A DNA stretch of 62,096 nucleotides, filler included, from 17 parts of 17 records of this genome joined end to end with filler, not necessarily neighbours in it, one strand, 5' to 3'. Positions 13,474-26,476 are shown, counted from the whole stretch's first letter. The notes: generated by a model from the letters alone, not told the origin. Program-made: numbers and translations.

Positions 13474-14943
13474 TCATTTCCCCTTCACTGTTGTTTCCGG
13501 GGAAATATTTGCTTCATCCCGATATAAGTAGGCACTCTCCCCTGCCACCTGCCAGAGATGTACTAACGTTGAAAAGCCAACAACACCGTCAGTTTTCAAG
13601 TGGTGGCTTTTTTGAAATTGCTTTATTTTTTCTACCAACAAGGGACGCCACTCCGCCGAAGGTTCTGTCGAAATATGCAATGCGCGGTTTAACATCGTTT
13701 CCAGCCAGAGAATCTCTTCCTCGCTGCTATCACGCGTAATGGTACTCTCCCCTTCCGGCGACATTTTCCACAACAGAAGATAATCACCCGTCCATACCGA
13801 CTCAAACCATTTATGTGTCAGCGTCCACGTTTGCTGACCTACGAGGACATCAACGCTAGCCTCACCGACGCGAACGACCACAACAGGCAATTTTTTGTCC
13901 CCGACTTTAAGCGATGCGATCCAGGGCAAATTCTGATCTACCAATGTTTGTAAAGAAGCATTCCCACTTTTACATGCCAGCCCCGCTCTTACTGCCTGAT
14001 CGCACCAGGCCGAATCAGCTGGGACCTCGTACCCCCATACGCCGTATAACACGCTTAGCGCCTCACTATCGCGCATCACCACATGAGCAATATCCTTAGT
14101 CATATCTTGTTTAACTACTGGCGTTACGGGTATCAGCCACGCAGGAACGGGTAACGTAGCTGTAAAAGAGGACAGCAGTAGCCAACCACAGGTAAGAGCG
14201 ATAATGGTTCCACTCATCACCACGGCAAGCTGCATTTTCCGGGGGCGGTTATCACCCAATATGCGGTAAATCATTCGCCATTGTTTTGCTGTGAAAACGC
14301 TGGTCTGCTCGGCTTGCTGTAATAAGCGAATTGTTTCGCCGGCAAGCGCCAGCTTTCTGCGATCGCCCCGACATAATAAAGCTATCCGTTTCAGAACTCT
14401 GGCGGTTAAAAGGAGATCGGGTTGGTCAATATTCTGACCTTCAAGGATGCTTGCCTTAAGTTCGTGCTCCGTCAGACGTCCTATCGAGACAAGTTCAATG
14501 CCCTGTTTTTTAAAATCACGTTCGACTTTTCGATCGGGTCTGCCGATCAGCAAAAATTGACCGTCAGGAATAAGAGATATTGCGCGTTGGAGATCATCAA
14601 GTATGCGGCGGTGATTCAGGTGAGCATTTTCAATAATAATAAGAGGGCAGCGACTATCAGTTCGATGAAGCGCATGCAGTAATTGCCCCGCCATCTCATC
14701 TCGCGTCCAGGCGCTGTCACGGCAGCCCTGTTCAGCCGCGTTATCGTCGGTAACGATCCATGCGGCCTTACCTTGCCAGGAAACAACGAGGCTTAAAGTA
14801 ATCACACGGCGATGTTTATCTTTTTGCAGTTGCTGCGCCAGCCAGGTTTTTCCACTTCCAGCCTCACCCAACAAATAGCATAGACGCCAGGTTTGACGTT
14901 TCTCACACAACCAGGAAAGAATAACTTCTCTTCTCGTAGACAT
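13474..14943 (-). CDS. gspA: General secretion pathway protein A
   Basis: 489 aa, Walker A GEAGSGKT, C-terminal peptidoglycan-binding motif FQKSHHLKTDGVVG. Confidence 0.95.
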   Translation of the reverse strand: MSTRREVILSWLCEKRQTWRLCYLLGEAGSGKTWLAQQLQKDKHRRVITLSLVVSWQGKAAWIVTDDNAAEQGCRDSAWTRDEMAGQLLHALHRTDSRCPLIIIENAHLNHRRILDDLQRAISLIPDGQFLLIGRPDRKVERDFKKQGIELVSIGRLTEHELKASILEGQNIDQPDLLLTARVLKRIALLCRGDRRKLALAGETIRLLQQAEQTSVFTAKQWRMIYRILGDNRPRKMQLAVVMSGTIIALTCGWLLLSSFTATLPVPAWLIPVTPVVKQDMTKDIAHVVMRDSEALSVLYGVWGYEVPADSAWCDQAVRAGLACKSGNASLQTLVDQNLPWIASLKVGDKKLPVVVVRVGEASVDVLVGQQTWTLTHKWFESVWTGDYLLLWKMSPEGESTITRDSSEEEILWLETMLNRALHISTEPSAEWRPLLVEKIKQFQKSHHLKTDGVVGFSTLVHLWQVAGESAYLYRDEANISPETTVKGK

Positions 14944-15127
14944 AGAACTTCCTGTTTTAATTATTGATTATCCTTAATCATAAAAATAATGTATGTATTT
15001 ATTAATTAAATACATATTACTAATATANNNNNNNNNNNNNNNNNNNNNNNNNNNNNNNNNNNNNNNNNNNNTTAATTAATTAANNNNNNNNNNNNNNNNN
15101 NNNNNNNNNNNNNNNNNNNNNNNNNNN

Positions 15128-17465
15128 CGTGTCCTCACGTGCACCTGCGTCTTCCCTGCCCATCTCCTCGGTCTGGCATGCGGCGCGCTGCTCCGTGTGG
15201 TCGTACGTCTGAGGGACCGCGAACTCGAGGCGGCTCTCTCGTGTCGCCTTGCTCGGGAACGTCGCCTCATCGAAAGCGACGTTCCGTGACAGGAAAACCT
15301 GTCGGGTCTCGGGGTCGTAGAGCTTGTACGTCCCAGGTGATGACTCCGGTGCGTATCCGACCATGATGCACAACTTGCTCTTCGGCTGAAGCTTGCTCTG
15401 CTTCCCGGGCATAAGCGCCCACACGGCACATCCGAACGCTCGCAAGTCCTCCGTCCCCGGCTCTGTCCCCGCCCAGCGGCCTTGTGGCGTCGTTCCCCGC
15501 GGCAAAGCAGCATGTGGCAGCCTGTTCTTGATGTAGCACGCGGCCGTGAGAGCTTGAGGCCACCAGCTCTTGCCCAGGCCTGACTGGAACAGCAGGGCCC
15601 GTGCCACCTCAGCGATCGTACGGTTCGCGCGCTCGGCGACACCATTGTGTTGTGGCGTATGTGGTGCGCTTATCTGATGCGCAATACCACGGCTCGTCAG
15701 CACCCGATCGAACGCGCCCTCAAACTCCCCACCGCCGTCGCTCCGGACGGCCTTGACTGGGCGTCCGTGCTCTCTCTCCGCAGCCTGGATGTAGTCGAGC
15801 ATGGCGGCCGCAGCGTCGCTCTTGGCAATCAGCATCTTGACAGACGTGTGCCTCGAATGGTCGTCCACAATAGTCATGCTGTAGCGGTAGCCTCCTCGTC
15901 CTGTGGGCGTGATTGGACCCATCAGGTCCACATGAATCAGCTCCAACACGGACGCCGTACTCGGTTCGTGTTGCTGGGTCTTCTTCACCGGTTGTGCGGT
16001 CTGCTTGCTGGTTGAGCATTCCTCACAAAAGCCTGGGGCCGGGTACGCGGCGGCGTGGCCGTGTCGCCGATGTGCGATCCACTGTGCCTCCTCCTTGGTT
16101 TGCTTCTCCGATCTCGCGAGCATCGCCTGCGCCACGGGTGCGGCGAACACATGCCTCTCCGCCTTGCAGCGGAACAGTTCCTCACCCGTGCTCGTCTTGA
16201 TCACGCAGCCCGCATCTTGAAACTGGACGCGATATCCTGCTGCGGTGATGCGGGCCACGGACAGTAGGTTCACGCGTAGCTCGGGCACGAGACGGGCGCT
16301 CTTGATGGTCATCTCTCGGCCGTTGGTGAGTTGAAGTATGACCGTCCCTTCTCCTTCCACTTTCAACGCGGTACCGTCGCCGATGTAGATCTTGTCATCA
16401 CTGCTGATCGGCTGGTAGGTGACGAACCACTTACGGTCACACACCAGGTGGTGCGAGGCACCGGAATCAATCAGCCACGTTTGGCGGTCTCCCGTTCCAC
16501 CGAAGTTTGTAGACCCAAATGCGAATCCACCTTGAGTCGCAGTGTGCGCTTGCGGTCGATCGTCCTCCCCCTTGCGTGTACGGGGGCAGTTGCGGCGCAG
16601 GTGTCCCATCTCGCCACAGGCCCAGCACGTACGCGCCGGGCCCCTTGACATCCCCTCTTGACGTGGTGCGTCCCACCGGCTGGCTCCTGCACCATCTCGC
16701 TCCTCGATGCGTCCTCTTGCGCTGTCTCTCTCCTCCCAGCGTCCTGCACCGGCTCTTGCTCGTCCAGGGCGGCCCGCAGTCGTGCTCACAAGAGCCTGCG
16801 CCTCCTCCGCCTCTTGCTCCGCCTCACGTCTCGCCTCCTCCTGAAGCATCCTCACGATGAGGTCGTCCAGGTCCGGCAGCTCGGCTCCACTGCCCACAAC
16901 TTGACGAAACGTTGACCACCCCCGCGGAAGTCCCATCAGTATCTTCATCACGGTCTCTGCGTCGTCCACCTCCACCTTCGCGTTGAGGCACTCGGAACGT
17001 AGAACCCGCACTCGAGCCACGTACGCGTTCACGGACTCCTCGGGTGTCATGCGAATCTCAGCCCATTTCTGCTTCAGTCGCATACGGTCCTCCGGTAATA
17101 TGCGGTCGTAGCGCTTCGTGATCGCAGCCCATGCACAGCTCCGCGGCCGACATGGTCATCCACTCCAGTCCGTGCCACAGCTCAGTTGCCAGAGTTGATA
17201 AGATGATGCCACGCGCCTTCTTGTCTGCAAGGTTGAAATCATCGCCCTTCTGTTTCTCCGGGTCCGGCAGCTTGCTGACCACCTCCCATACGCCCGCAGT
17301 GTCAAGGGCTGCCCTCACTCGCATGCTCCAGTCTCGGTAGTTTGTCCCATTGAAGCCTGCAACAGGCGCGATAATCGCTTTTAGCGTCGGATCCATAGTG
17401 CCTTGGCTCATAACCTGTTTGAACAGTAGCGTACTCTCACGTAGTGTATTATCACCGAAAGAACA
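15128..17465 (-). mobile_element. Ty1/copia LTR retrotransposon, 5' part (LTR end, PBS, gag, protease, integrase); RT/RNase H lie beyond the contig
   Basis: Gag FNGTNYRDW, zinc knuckle CWACGEMGHLRRNC, protease WLIDSGASHH, integrase HVDLMGP..RSDGGGEF..NGVAERANR directly after the protease (copia order). Confidence 0.96.
17405..17415 (-). promoter_or_regulatory. Primer-binding site complementary to the tRNA-Met anticodon arm
   Basis: GGTTATGAGCC immediately after the LTR-terminal CA (17417-17416). Confidence 0.85.
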
Positions 17466-17565
17466 NNNNNNNNNNNNNNNNNNNNNNNNNNNNNNNNNNN
17501 NNNNNNNNNTTAATTAATTAANNNNNNNNNNNNNNNNNNNNNNNNNNNNNNNNNNNNNNNNNNNN

Positions 17566-17762
17566 GGGACGTCCGGGTCCGGGCACACGCTAATGTGGCC
17601 CAGCTCGTTAACGTCATAGTAGTTATTGCCCCACCAGGCAATATTGTAAGTACGCAGCATCTTGCTGGCTTCCTGGGAGCTCATTGCAACCTCCTGCATG
17701 GAGCGTAGTACACCGTGTTCGCCCGCTGACGAAGGCAAACCCATAGACATGTCGTCAGACAT
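17566..17762 (-). CDS. speA: Biosynthetic arginine decarboxylase, N-terminal fragment
   Basis: [25 protein letters not shown]. Confidence 0.95.
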
Positions 17763-17770
17763 AGCGAACC

Positions 17771-17902
17771 TCAAATTATTTTATTAAGTGTAAAACAGTT
17801 AACGACTATCGCAGCCTGGAACTGCGATAACAACCCATAAGCACATGGATTTTCCAGCAGTGAATGCTGACGCTCCAACTGCGCAACCGGTTTCTTTTTC
17901 AT
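17771..17902 (-). CDS. yqgB: Small protein YqgB (43 aa, below ORF-track cutoff)
   Basis: [23 protein letters not shown].. just upstream of speA. Confidence 0.8.
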
Positions 17903-18037
17903 AACATTATTAAGCACATAACCGAACGTAAGTGTGAAAGTTCGGCGAAACCACGAGAAAACTCTTGTTTTTACAAGAGCGCCCTTGTTCAGTCCTCAGT
18001 AACTGTAACCAGCTCTTGAATCCTGAGAAGCGCCGAG

Positions 18038-18253
18038 ATGGGTATAACATCGGCAGGTATGCAAAGCAGAGATGCAGAGTGCGGGGAACGAATCTTCACC
18101 AGAACGGTGAGACAGGTTAAGCAGCAGACAACGGTTCATTATTTCGTATCACCTCCACGGCCGCCTGTTAAGACGAACCCACAAGCCAAAACTCTGATTT
18201 CAACCCGGCTGGAAGTGGCAACACGAAAGAAACGTCGTGTGCTTTTTATTTAA
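18038..18253 (+). CDS. yqgC: Small hypothetical protein
   Basis: 71 aa ORF in the speA-metK interval. Confidence 0.6.
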
Positions 18254-18516
18254 GCCGCGCGCCGCGTTTTATACCCCACAATGGCAGAAAATTGCAAAAG
18301 ATAAATACGCAGAATGCCGGCATTGTCAGGAAAAATTTCCAGCCACGTTTTTAACAGAATGAGACACGATTCAAAAAAAAGTGGAAATAGGGTGAAGAAT
18401 TGACCTAAAATAGCCATCCAGATGTTAATCCATCCATACCGATTAACACTCAGACTGCCAGTGTTTTTAACCTGCAGAGTCGTGGTAGGATCCGCTACCA
18501 CAGAAAATCCACACAA
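18250..18516 (-). CDS. yqgD: Small hypothetical ORF overlapping the metK promoter region
   Basis: Position and sequence recognition; start and coding status uncertain. Confidence 0.45.
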
Positions 18517-18556
18517 CAGTTTGAGCTAACCAAATTCTCTTTAGGTGATATTAAAT

Positions 18557-19711
18557 ATGGCAAAACACCTTTTTACGTCCGAGTCCGTCTCTGAAGGGCA
18601 TCCTGACAAAATTGCTGACCAAATTTCTGATGCCGTTTTAGACGCGATCCTCGAACAGGATCCGAAAGCACGCGTTGCTTGCGAAACCTACGTAAAAACC
18701 GGCATGGTTTTAGTTGGCGGCGAAATCACCACCAGCGCCTGGGTAGACATCGAAGAGATCACCCGTAACACCGTTCGCGAAATTGGCTATGTGCATTCCG
18801 ACATGGGCTTTGACGCTAACTCCTGTGCGGTTCTGAGCGCTATCGGCAAACAGTCTCCTGACATCAACCAGGGCGTTGACCGTGCCGATCCGCTGGAACA
18901 GGGCGCGGGTGACCAGGGTCTGATGTTTGGCTACGCAACTAATGAAACCGACGTGCTGATGCCAGCACCTATCACCTATGCACACCGTCTGGTACAGCGT
19001 CAGGCTGAAGTGCGTAAAAACGGCACTCTGCCGTGGCTGCGCCCGGACGCGAAAAGCCAGGTGACTTTTCAGTATGACGACGGCAAAATCGTTGGTATCG
19101 ATGCTGTCGTGCTTTCCACTCAGCACTCTGAAGAGATCGACCAGAAATCGCTGCAAGAAGCGGTAATGGAAGAGATCATCAAGCCAATTCTGCCCGCTGA
19201 ATGGCTGACTTCTGCCACCAAATTCTTCATCAACCCGACCGGTCGTTTCGTTATCGGTGGCCCAATGGGTGACTGCGGTCTGACTGGTCGTAAAATTATC
19301 GTTGATACCTACGGCGGCATGGCGCGTCACGGTGGCGGTGCATTCTCTGGTAAAGATCCATCAAAAGTGGACCGTTCCGCAGCCTACGCAGCACGTTATG
19401 TCGCGAAAAACATCGTTGCTGCTGGCCTGGCCGATCGTTGTGAAATTCAGGTTTCCTACGCAATCGGCGTGGCTGAACCGACCTCCATCATGGTAGAAAC
19501 TTTCGGTACTGAGAAAGTGCCTTCTGAACAACTGACCCTGCTGGTACGTGAGTTCTTCGACCTGCGCCCATACGGTCTGATTCAGATGCTGGATCTGCTG
19601 CACCCGATCTACAAAGAAACCGCAGCATACGGTCACTTTGGTCGTGAACATTTCCCGTGGGAAAAAACCGACAAAGCGCAGCTGCTGCGCGATGCTGCCG
19701 GTCTGAAGTAA
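18557..19711 (+). CDS. metK: S-adenosylmethionine synthetase
   Basis: 384 aa, [28 protein letters not shown]. Confidence 0.99.
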
Positions 19712-19730
19712 TCTTTCTTCACCTGCGTTC

Positions 19731-19789
19731 AAAGGCCAGCCTCGCGCTGGCCTTTTTCTTTTGGATAGGCGTTCACGCCGCATCCGGCA
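19731..19789 (+). terminator. metK terminator followed by a partial REP
   Basis: AAAGGCCAGC..GCTGGCCTTTTT; GGATAGGCGTTCACGCCGCATCCGGCA at 19763-19789. Confidence 0.8.
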
Positions 19790-20036
19790 AAAAAACCGCC
19801 CGCACAATAACATCATTCTTCCTGATCACGTTTCACCGCAGATTATCATCACAACTGAAACCGATTACACCAACCACAACAGACAAAGATTTGTAATATT
19901 TTCATATTATTATTCGGTTTTCACAGTTGTTACATTTCTTTTCAGTAAAGTCTTAATTGCAGATAACAGCGTTTAATCTATGATGATATAACTCAATTAT
20001 TTTCATGCACTTAAATCATAACTAAGATAAATGTTA

Positions 20037-20071
20037 GTGTAAGCGATTACACTGATGTGATTTGCTTCACA
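20037..20071. promoter_or_regulatory. GalR/GalS operator and CRP site of the galP promoter
   Basis: GTGTAAGCGATTACAC (20037-20052) and TGTGA-N6-TCACA (20056-20071). Confidence 0.85.
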
Positions 20072-20134
20072 TCTTTTTACGTCGTACTCACCTATCTTAA
20101 TTCACAATAAAAAATAACCATATTGGAGGGCATC

Positions 20135-20759
20135 ATGCCTGACGCTAAAAAACAGGGGCGGTCAAACAAGGCAATGACGTTTTTCGTCTGCTTCCTTGCC
20201 GCTCTGGCGGGATTACTCTTTGGCCTGGATATCGGTGTAATTGCTGGCGCACTGCCGTTTATTGCAGATGAATTCCAGATTACTTCGCACACGCAAGAAT
20301 GGGTCGTAAGCTCCATGATGTTCGGTGCGGCAGTCGGTGCGGTGGGCAGCGGCTGGCTCTCCTTTAAACTCGGGCGCAAAAAGAGCCTGATGATCGGCGC
20401 AATTTTGTTTGTTGCCGGTTCGCTGTTCTCTGCGGCTGCGCCAAACGTTGAAGTACTGATTCTTTCCCGCGTTCTACTGGGGCTGGCGGTGGGTGTGGCC
20501 TCTTATACCGCACCGCTGTACCTCTCTGAAATTGCGCCGGAAAAAATTCGTGGCAGTATGATCTCGATGTATCAGTTGATGATCACTATCGGGATCCTCG
20601 GTGCTTATCTTTCTGATACCGCCTTCAGCTACACCGGTGCATGGCGCTGGATGCTGGGTGTGATTATCATCCCGGCAATTTTGCTGCTGATTGGTGTCTT
20701 CTTCCTGCCAGACAGCCCACGTTGGTTTGCCGCCAAACGCCGTTTTGTTGATGCCGAAC
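20135..20759 (+). CDS. galP: Galactose:H+ symporter, 3' truncated
   Basis: [29 protein letters not shown] sugar-porter motifs. Confidence 0.97.
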
Positions 20760-20859
20760 NNNNNNNNNNNNNNNNNNNNNNNNNNNNNNNNNNNNNNNNN
20801 NNNTTAATTAATTAANNNNNNNNNNNNNNNNNNNNNNNNNNNNNNNNNNNNNNNNNNNN

Positions 20860-22635
20860 CCGTCCCCGTTGGAGGCAGTTCCGCCCTGGTCCGAGGTGTG
20901 CTCGTCGCGAATCATGCCGTGTACGCCCGCACGCACCGGAGGAAAGCCTACAGCGGCGTAGTGACCGTGGGAGAGTTCGTTCGCGGCCCCGCCGCTGTCT
21001 GAACCAGGCGTCCCCACTATACACATAGCAAACGTTAGTGAATAGGGTATTCACACCGCAAGAACCAAACAAAGTCGCAGAGTTTGCCACGTACCAAGAA
21101 CAGGGGCGCCGCTGCCATCGGGCAGGATGAACGCCACCGGGCGTGAGAAAGTCACCACAATGTCGATCACGTTACCCGTGGAGTAGTTCCCATTGGGGGA
21201 GCTGGCAAACACGTTGGTGATGCTGGGGCCGCCCGTTCGCACAGAAACAGTCGGGCTGAGTGTGACGGCGCGAAGCGACGCCGGTGTAACAAAGGGCACA
21301 CAGGTCATCGCCCGTTCCTTTGGCGTGAGCACGGTACCAAAATCGGCTTGCGGCGCATGCTCACCCACCACCATCGTGTGAACGAAAACCAGTGAGTTGG
21401 CCGGTGCCGGGGGTTCCACCACCCCATCCCGTGTGTACGACGCGAACGCGTTAAACTCCGAGCGGTTGAACAGGCGAGCGGTCGACAGGACACTGCCGGG
21501 GCGGAGGTTGAGATAGAGGACGGGATCGCAGGGCAGCTGGGTGTCGACCACATCCGCATCGAAGAACGCAATGATGTACATGACGGTGCTGACACCAAGC
21601 ACGTCGCCGTCAGAAACGCCCCAGATCTGCATGTCGGTCAGGTTCACCGGTGTTTGCACACCAACTGCCGTCCAGTGCGCATCGAAGCCAGGTGCCTCGT
21701 TGACCGTGGACAGAATAATGAGCGCATGTGGGCCCGGGACAGAAATAGAGCCAGGAAGAGAGGCAGATGTGAGGGTGTGCAGCGTGTGCAGCTCGTTGCC
21801 CACCACATGGCTGACGGTGATCTGCAGCAAGGTGCGCCACCAACACAACGTCGACAGGAGTCAGACAGCATTTCAAACGACCCATACACACATAGTCATT
21901 TGTCACACGGCCCGTGACTGCGACGTACCGAATCACCCGGTGCGAGCCCGAGTGTATTGAACGTGATCAGCGTGTCAGACTGAGTGCCCACGTCGATGTC
22001 CCAGCTGCACACCACGTTGGGGGGCACGGGGAACGGCGCAAATCCTGGGTGGAACTGCCCGCTGGTGCCACGAAGGAGGGCCTGCCCACAGCCTGCAGCG
22101 GAGAACAGCAGTCAACGCATAATTCCACATGACGAAGACCGATATAGGGCATGTGATAGTGTGTCGGTGGTGTGTTGGGAGGACTTTGCCAATGGTTGAA
22201 CACTGCAAGATGTGCGGACGAGTCAGAGCACCATACCGTGCATGTATCGGAACGTGACTGCCGAACTGATTTCATGCCCATCCACGGTGCGCAACGTTAC
22301 AGCACCCGACGCAGGCTGGGACACAGGGCTGAGAAGGGCTGTGATTTTTACCGGCGTCTGTGCAACGATCCGCGCCGGTGTGCCTGCAACCAGCACATCC
22401 GCTACCCGATCTAGCACAAAAAAACAGAAACCAGATCAGGAAAAAGGCAGCCAACAACAATACGAGGCTTGGAAAACCCGCACACAGATCAAACAACACG
22501 GTCAAGTTGGAAACGTATACGGCCCTGTGGGAGAACGCACCTGCTCCCAGGTTATGACCCGTGACGGTCAAGAGTGTGCCACCTCGCAGCGTCGAAAACA
22601 GCGGCGTGACAGCCTCAATGCAGCCTACAGCAGCC
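20860..22635 (-). CDS. Eukaryotic multi-exon gene, putative surface protein with an IPT/TIG domain and Ig-like repeats (partial; exon model approximate)
   Basis: IEAVTP..GGTLLTVTGHNLG..VLVAGTPA..SGAVTL..FRY (IPT pattern); PSITNVFASSPNGNYSTGNVIDIVVTFSRPV; GT..AG interruptions. Confidence 0.6.
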
Positions 22636-23195
22636 GTCGTGGGTGAGCCGTTCAGACAGACACACATCTCACACGTACACTTGACTTCAGAACGGCCATG
22701 TAATTGAGACGAACGAACAGACACCTCCGGCGAAATACACAACACAACACGTACTGCATGTGTAGTGGATGTACTGCACCGCCGAGGCTGCATTGCTGCA
22801 CGCGTCCAACTACAGCACTTAGTTACAAAGCCATGTATAACCAAGAATGCATACCGTCTGATGGATGTGAGCGAGGACGCGCAGGACAGCGACGACTCTC
22901 TCACGGAGAGTGGAAGCAGCAAGGGAACGCGCGTGCACGGCATCAACTGCAAGCCGATCACACCGCGCGTGCGACGTCAGCCCTCCGTCATCCAGAGCCC
23001 GCTGTCCGAGAGCCCGCTCGGGAAAACGTTCTCGCACAAAAAGTTCATGCTCGACCCGTCGAGTTCGTCTCTCAAGCGCAGCGCCTCGGCTGTGCNNNNN
23101 NNNNNNNNNNNNNNNNNNNNNNNNNNNNNNNNNNNNNNNTTAATTAATTAANNNNNNNNNNNNNNNNNNNNNNNNNNNNNNNNNNNNNNNNNNNN

Positions 23196-24509
<1,314 letters not shown>

Positions 24510-24527
24510 CTATCCTCAACGAATTAA

Positions 24528-25517
24528 TTAAGCGTCAACGAAACCGGTGATTTGAGAGACGCGAGAAAGATCGATATTGCCGCCGGAAATAATACTGACG
24601 GTTTTTCTGTTTTGAATATATTGGTCTAATTTACCGCTTAATAATGCAGCACATGCCAGAGCGCCTGCGCCTTCGGTGACGACTTTATTGCGCTGAATTA
24701 AGGCAATCATACTGTTTCTGATTTCGTCTTCGCTGACCAGCACGATGTCATCGACTAATTCACGAACGATTTCGTAAGTTAAATTACCCGGGCGGGAGAC
24801 ATCACAACCATCCGCCAGGGTGCCGGTAGTTCGGTGCGTGGTTATTTCTCCGGAGTGGAAAGAAGCCGCCATGCCGTGAACGTTTTCAGACTGTACGCCA
24901 ATAACACGAATGGTCGGGTTAATAGATTTAATTGCCACCGCAATACCAGCAATTAAACCGCCACCACCAATTGGCACAATCACGTTATCGACATCATAGA
25001 GATCTTCCATAATTTCCAGACCAATCGTTCCCTGGCCAGCAATCACTTTCGGATCATCGTAAGGTGGGATAAAAATACGGCCTTCCATTTCGACAATTTC
25101 GCTCACTTTAGCGATAGTGTCGTTGAAGTTATCACCATGCAGAACGACTTCTGCGGAGTAGTCGCACGTTGCCGCTACTTTGGATTTTGGCGCACCTTTT
25201 GGCATCACCACTTTACCGTCGATACCCAGCATCGCGCAGGAGAGGGAAACCCCTTGCGCATGGTTGCCCGCAGAACAGGCCACCACGCCTTTGCGTTTTT
25301 CCGCATCGGTCAGTGAACTTAATTTATTAAATGCGCCACGAATTTTAAATGAACCCGTACGCTGCATATTTTCAAACTTCAGGAATATTTCACCTTTGCA
25401 ACGTTCACTAAAATAGTTGGAGCGAGGCATGCCTGTTTTATAAATTCGCCCAGCCAGTCGTTGTTTCGCTTCAATAATGTCATCAATAGCAACCGGCAGA
25501 TCGTATGTAATATGCAT
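24528..25517 (-). CDS. tdcB: Catabolic threonine dehydratase
   Basis: 329 aa, [22 protein letters not shown]. Confidence 0.99.
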
Positions 25518-25614
25518 TATAAAACCTCTTCGCCTGAATTAAATATGTAGGTAACCGTAACCGACACCTGCAAGACAGACAGGTGGATTATTTATGTTTA
25601 AATAAAACAAATAA

Positions 25615-26199
25615 CTAACCAACTTCTATTAATTGCCTTCGTCTACACCCATTATAAGATGAATACTCTTTGGCTAATTCCACCAAAACCGATGCTGCTT
25701 TTTTAATACGATAATTTTTCGACCATACCGCGGCATATTGTGCCACAGGTAATGTTTCTTCAACCGGAATAGTAATAAATTGATTAGAACCAAAAGGTGA
25801 CGTCATATCACAAGGAATTACAGTTAAGAAATCAGCATTGAGAACAAGATTATAAATTGTCACGACTGAGTCGGTTTTAACGATGTTTTCAATACTGATG
25901 CCATTTCTTTGTAACGTAGTAAGCAGTTCGCTGTAGTACCCCATATTAGTTTGTGGCAACACCCACTGTTCGTTCTTCAACGACTCCAGCGTGGTGGTGC
26001 CGGTGCATGTTCGGGACTTACTGGCTACCAGCACAAACTCGGACTCGAACAGCGGCTCAACATGTAAATCCTGAAGCTTCATTTCTGCACTTAACGTACC
26101 AATCGCAAAATCCAGTCGACCGTCGCGGATTGCCGGTAAGAACGAAGACAGTTGCGCTTCATACATAGAAACCTGCGCTTTCGGGAACACCTCTTTGAA
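25615..26199 (-). CDS. tdcA: LysR-type activator TdcA, 5' truncated
   Basis: LysR substrate-binding domain upstream of tdcB. Confidence 0.95.
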   Translation of the reverse strand, partial: FKEVFPKAQVSMYEAQLSSFLPAIRDGRLDFAIGTLSAEMKLQDLHVEPLFESEFVLVASKSRTCTGTTTLESLKNEQWVLPQTNMGYYSELLTTLQRNGISIENIVKTDSVVTIYNLVLNADFLTVIPCDMTSPFGSNQFITIPVEETLPVAQYAAVWSKNYRIKKAASVLVELAKEYSSYNGCRRRQLIEVG

Positions 26200-26299
26200 N
26201 NNNNNNNNNNNNNNNNNNNNNNNNNNNNNNNNNNNNNNNNNNNTTAATTAATTAANNNNNNNNNNNNNNNNNNNNNNNNNNNNNNNNNNNNNNNNNNNN

Positions 26300-26341
26300 C
26301 CGGGGTTGTACGATTGAATCAGAACGTGGGAATCTGTCCAT
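26300..26341 (-). CDS. ybhL: Start of YbhL (fragment)
   Basis: MDRFPRSDSIVQP downstream of moaE. Confidence 0.75.
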
Positions 26342-26439
26342 GACGATCTCCTGAAGATATAAGGAATATCTTAAGGATACTGCAAAATGATGAGGCTGTG
26401 CATCGACGCAGCGTAAACGTATGTACTGAGCGGTGAAAT

Positions 26440-26469
26440 TGCCGGACGCAGCGGTGCCTTATCCGGCTA
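26440..26469. repeat. REP-like element
   Basis: GCCGGACGCAGCGGTGCCTTATCCGGCTA. Confidence 0.7.
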
Positions 26470-26476
26470 ACAAAAA

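Noticed and set aside
14944-15027. Very AT-rich stretch containing ATTAATTAAA
   Set aside because: The ordinary AT-rich gspA-gspC promoter region; resemblance to the spacer is coincidental.
15028-17565. LTR retrotransposon integrated in E. coli between gspA and speA (inter-kingdom transfer)
   Set aside because: Both flanks are spacers, and gspA and speA are not neighbours in E. coli; there is no junction or target-site duplication.
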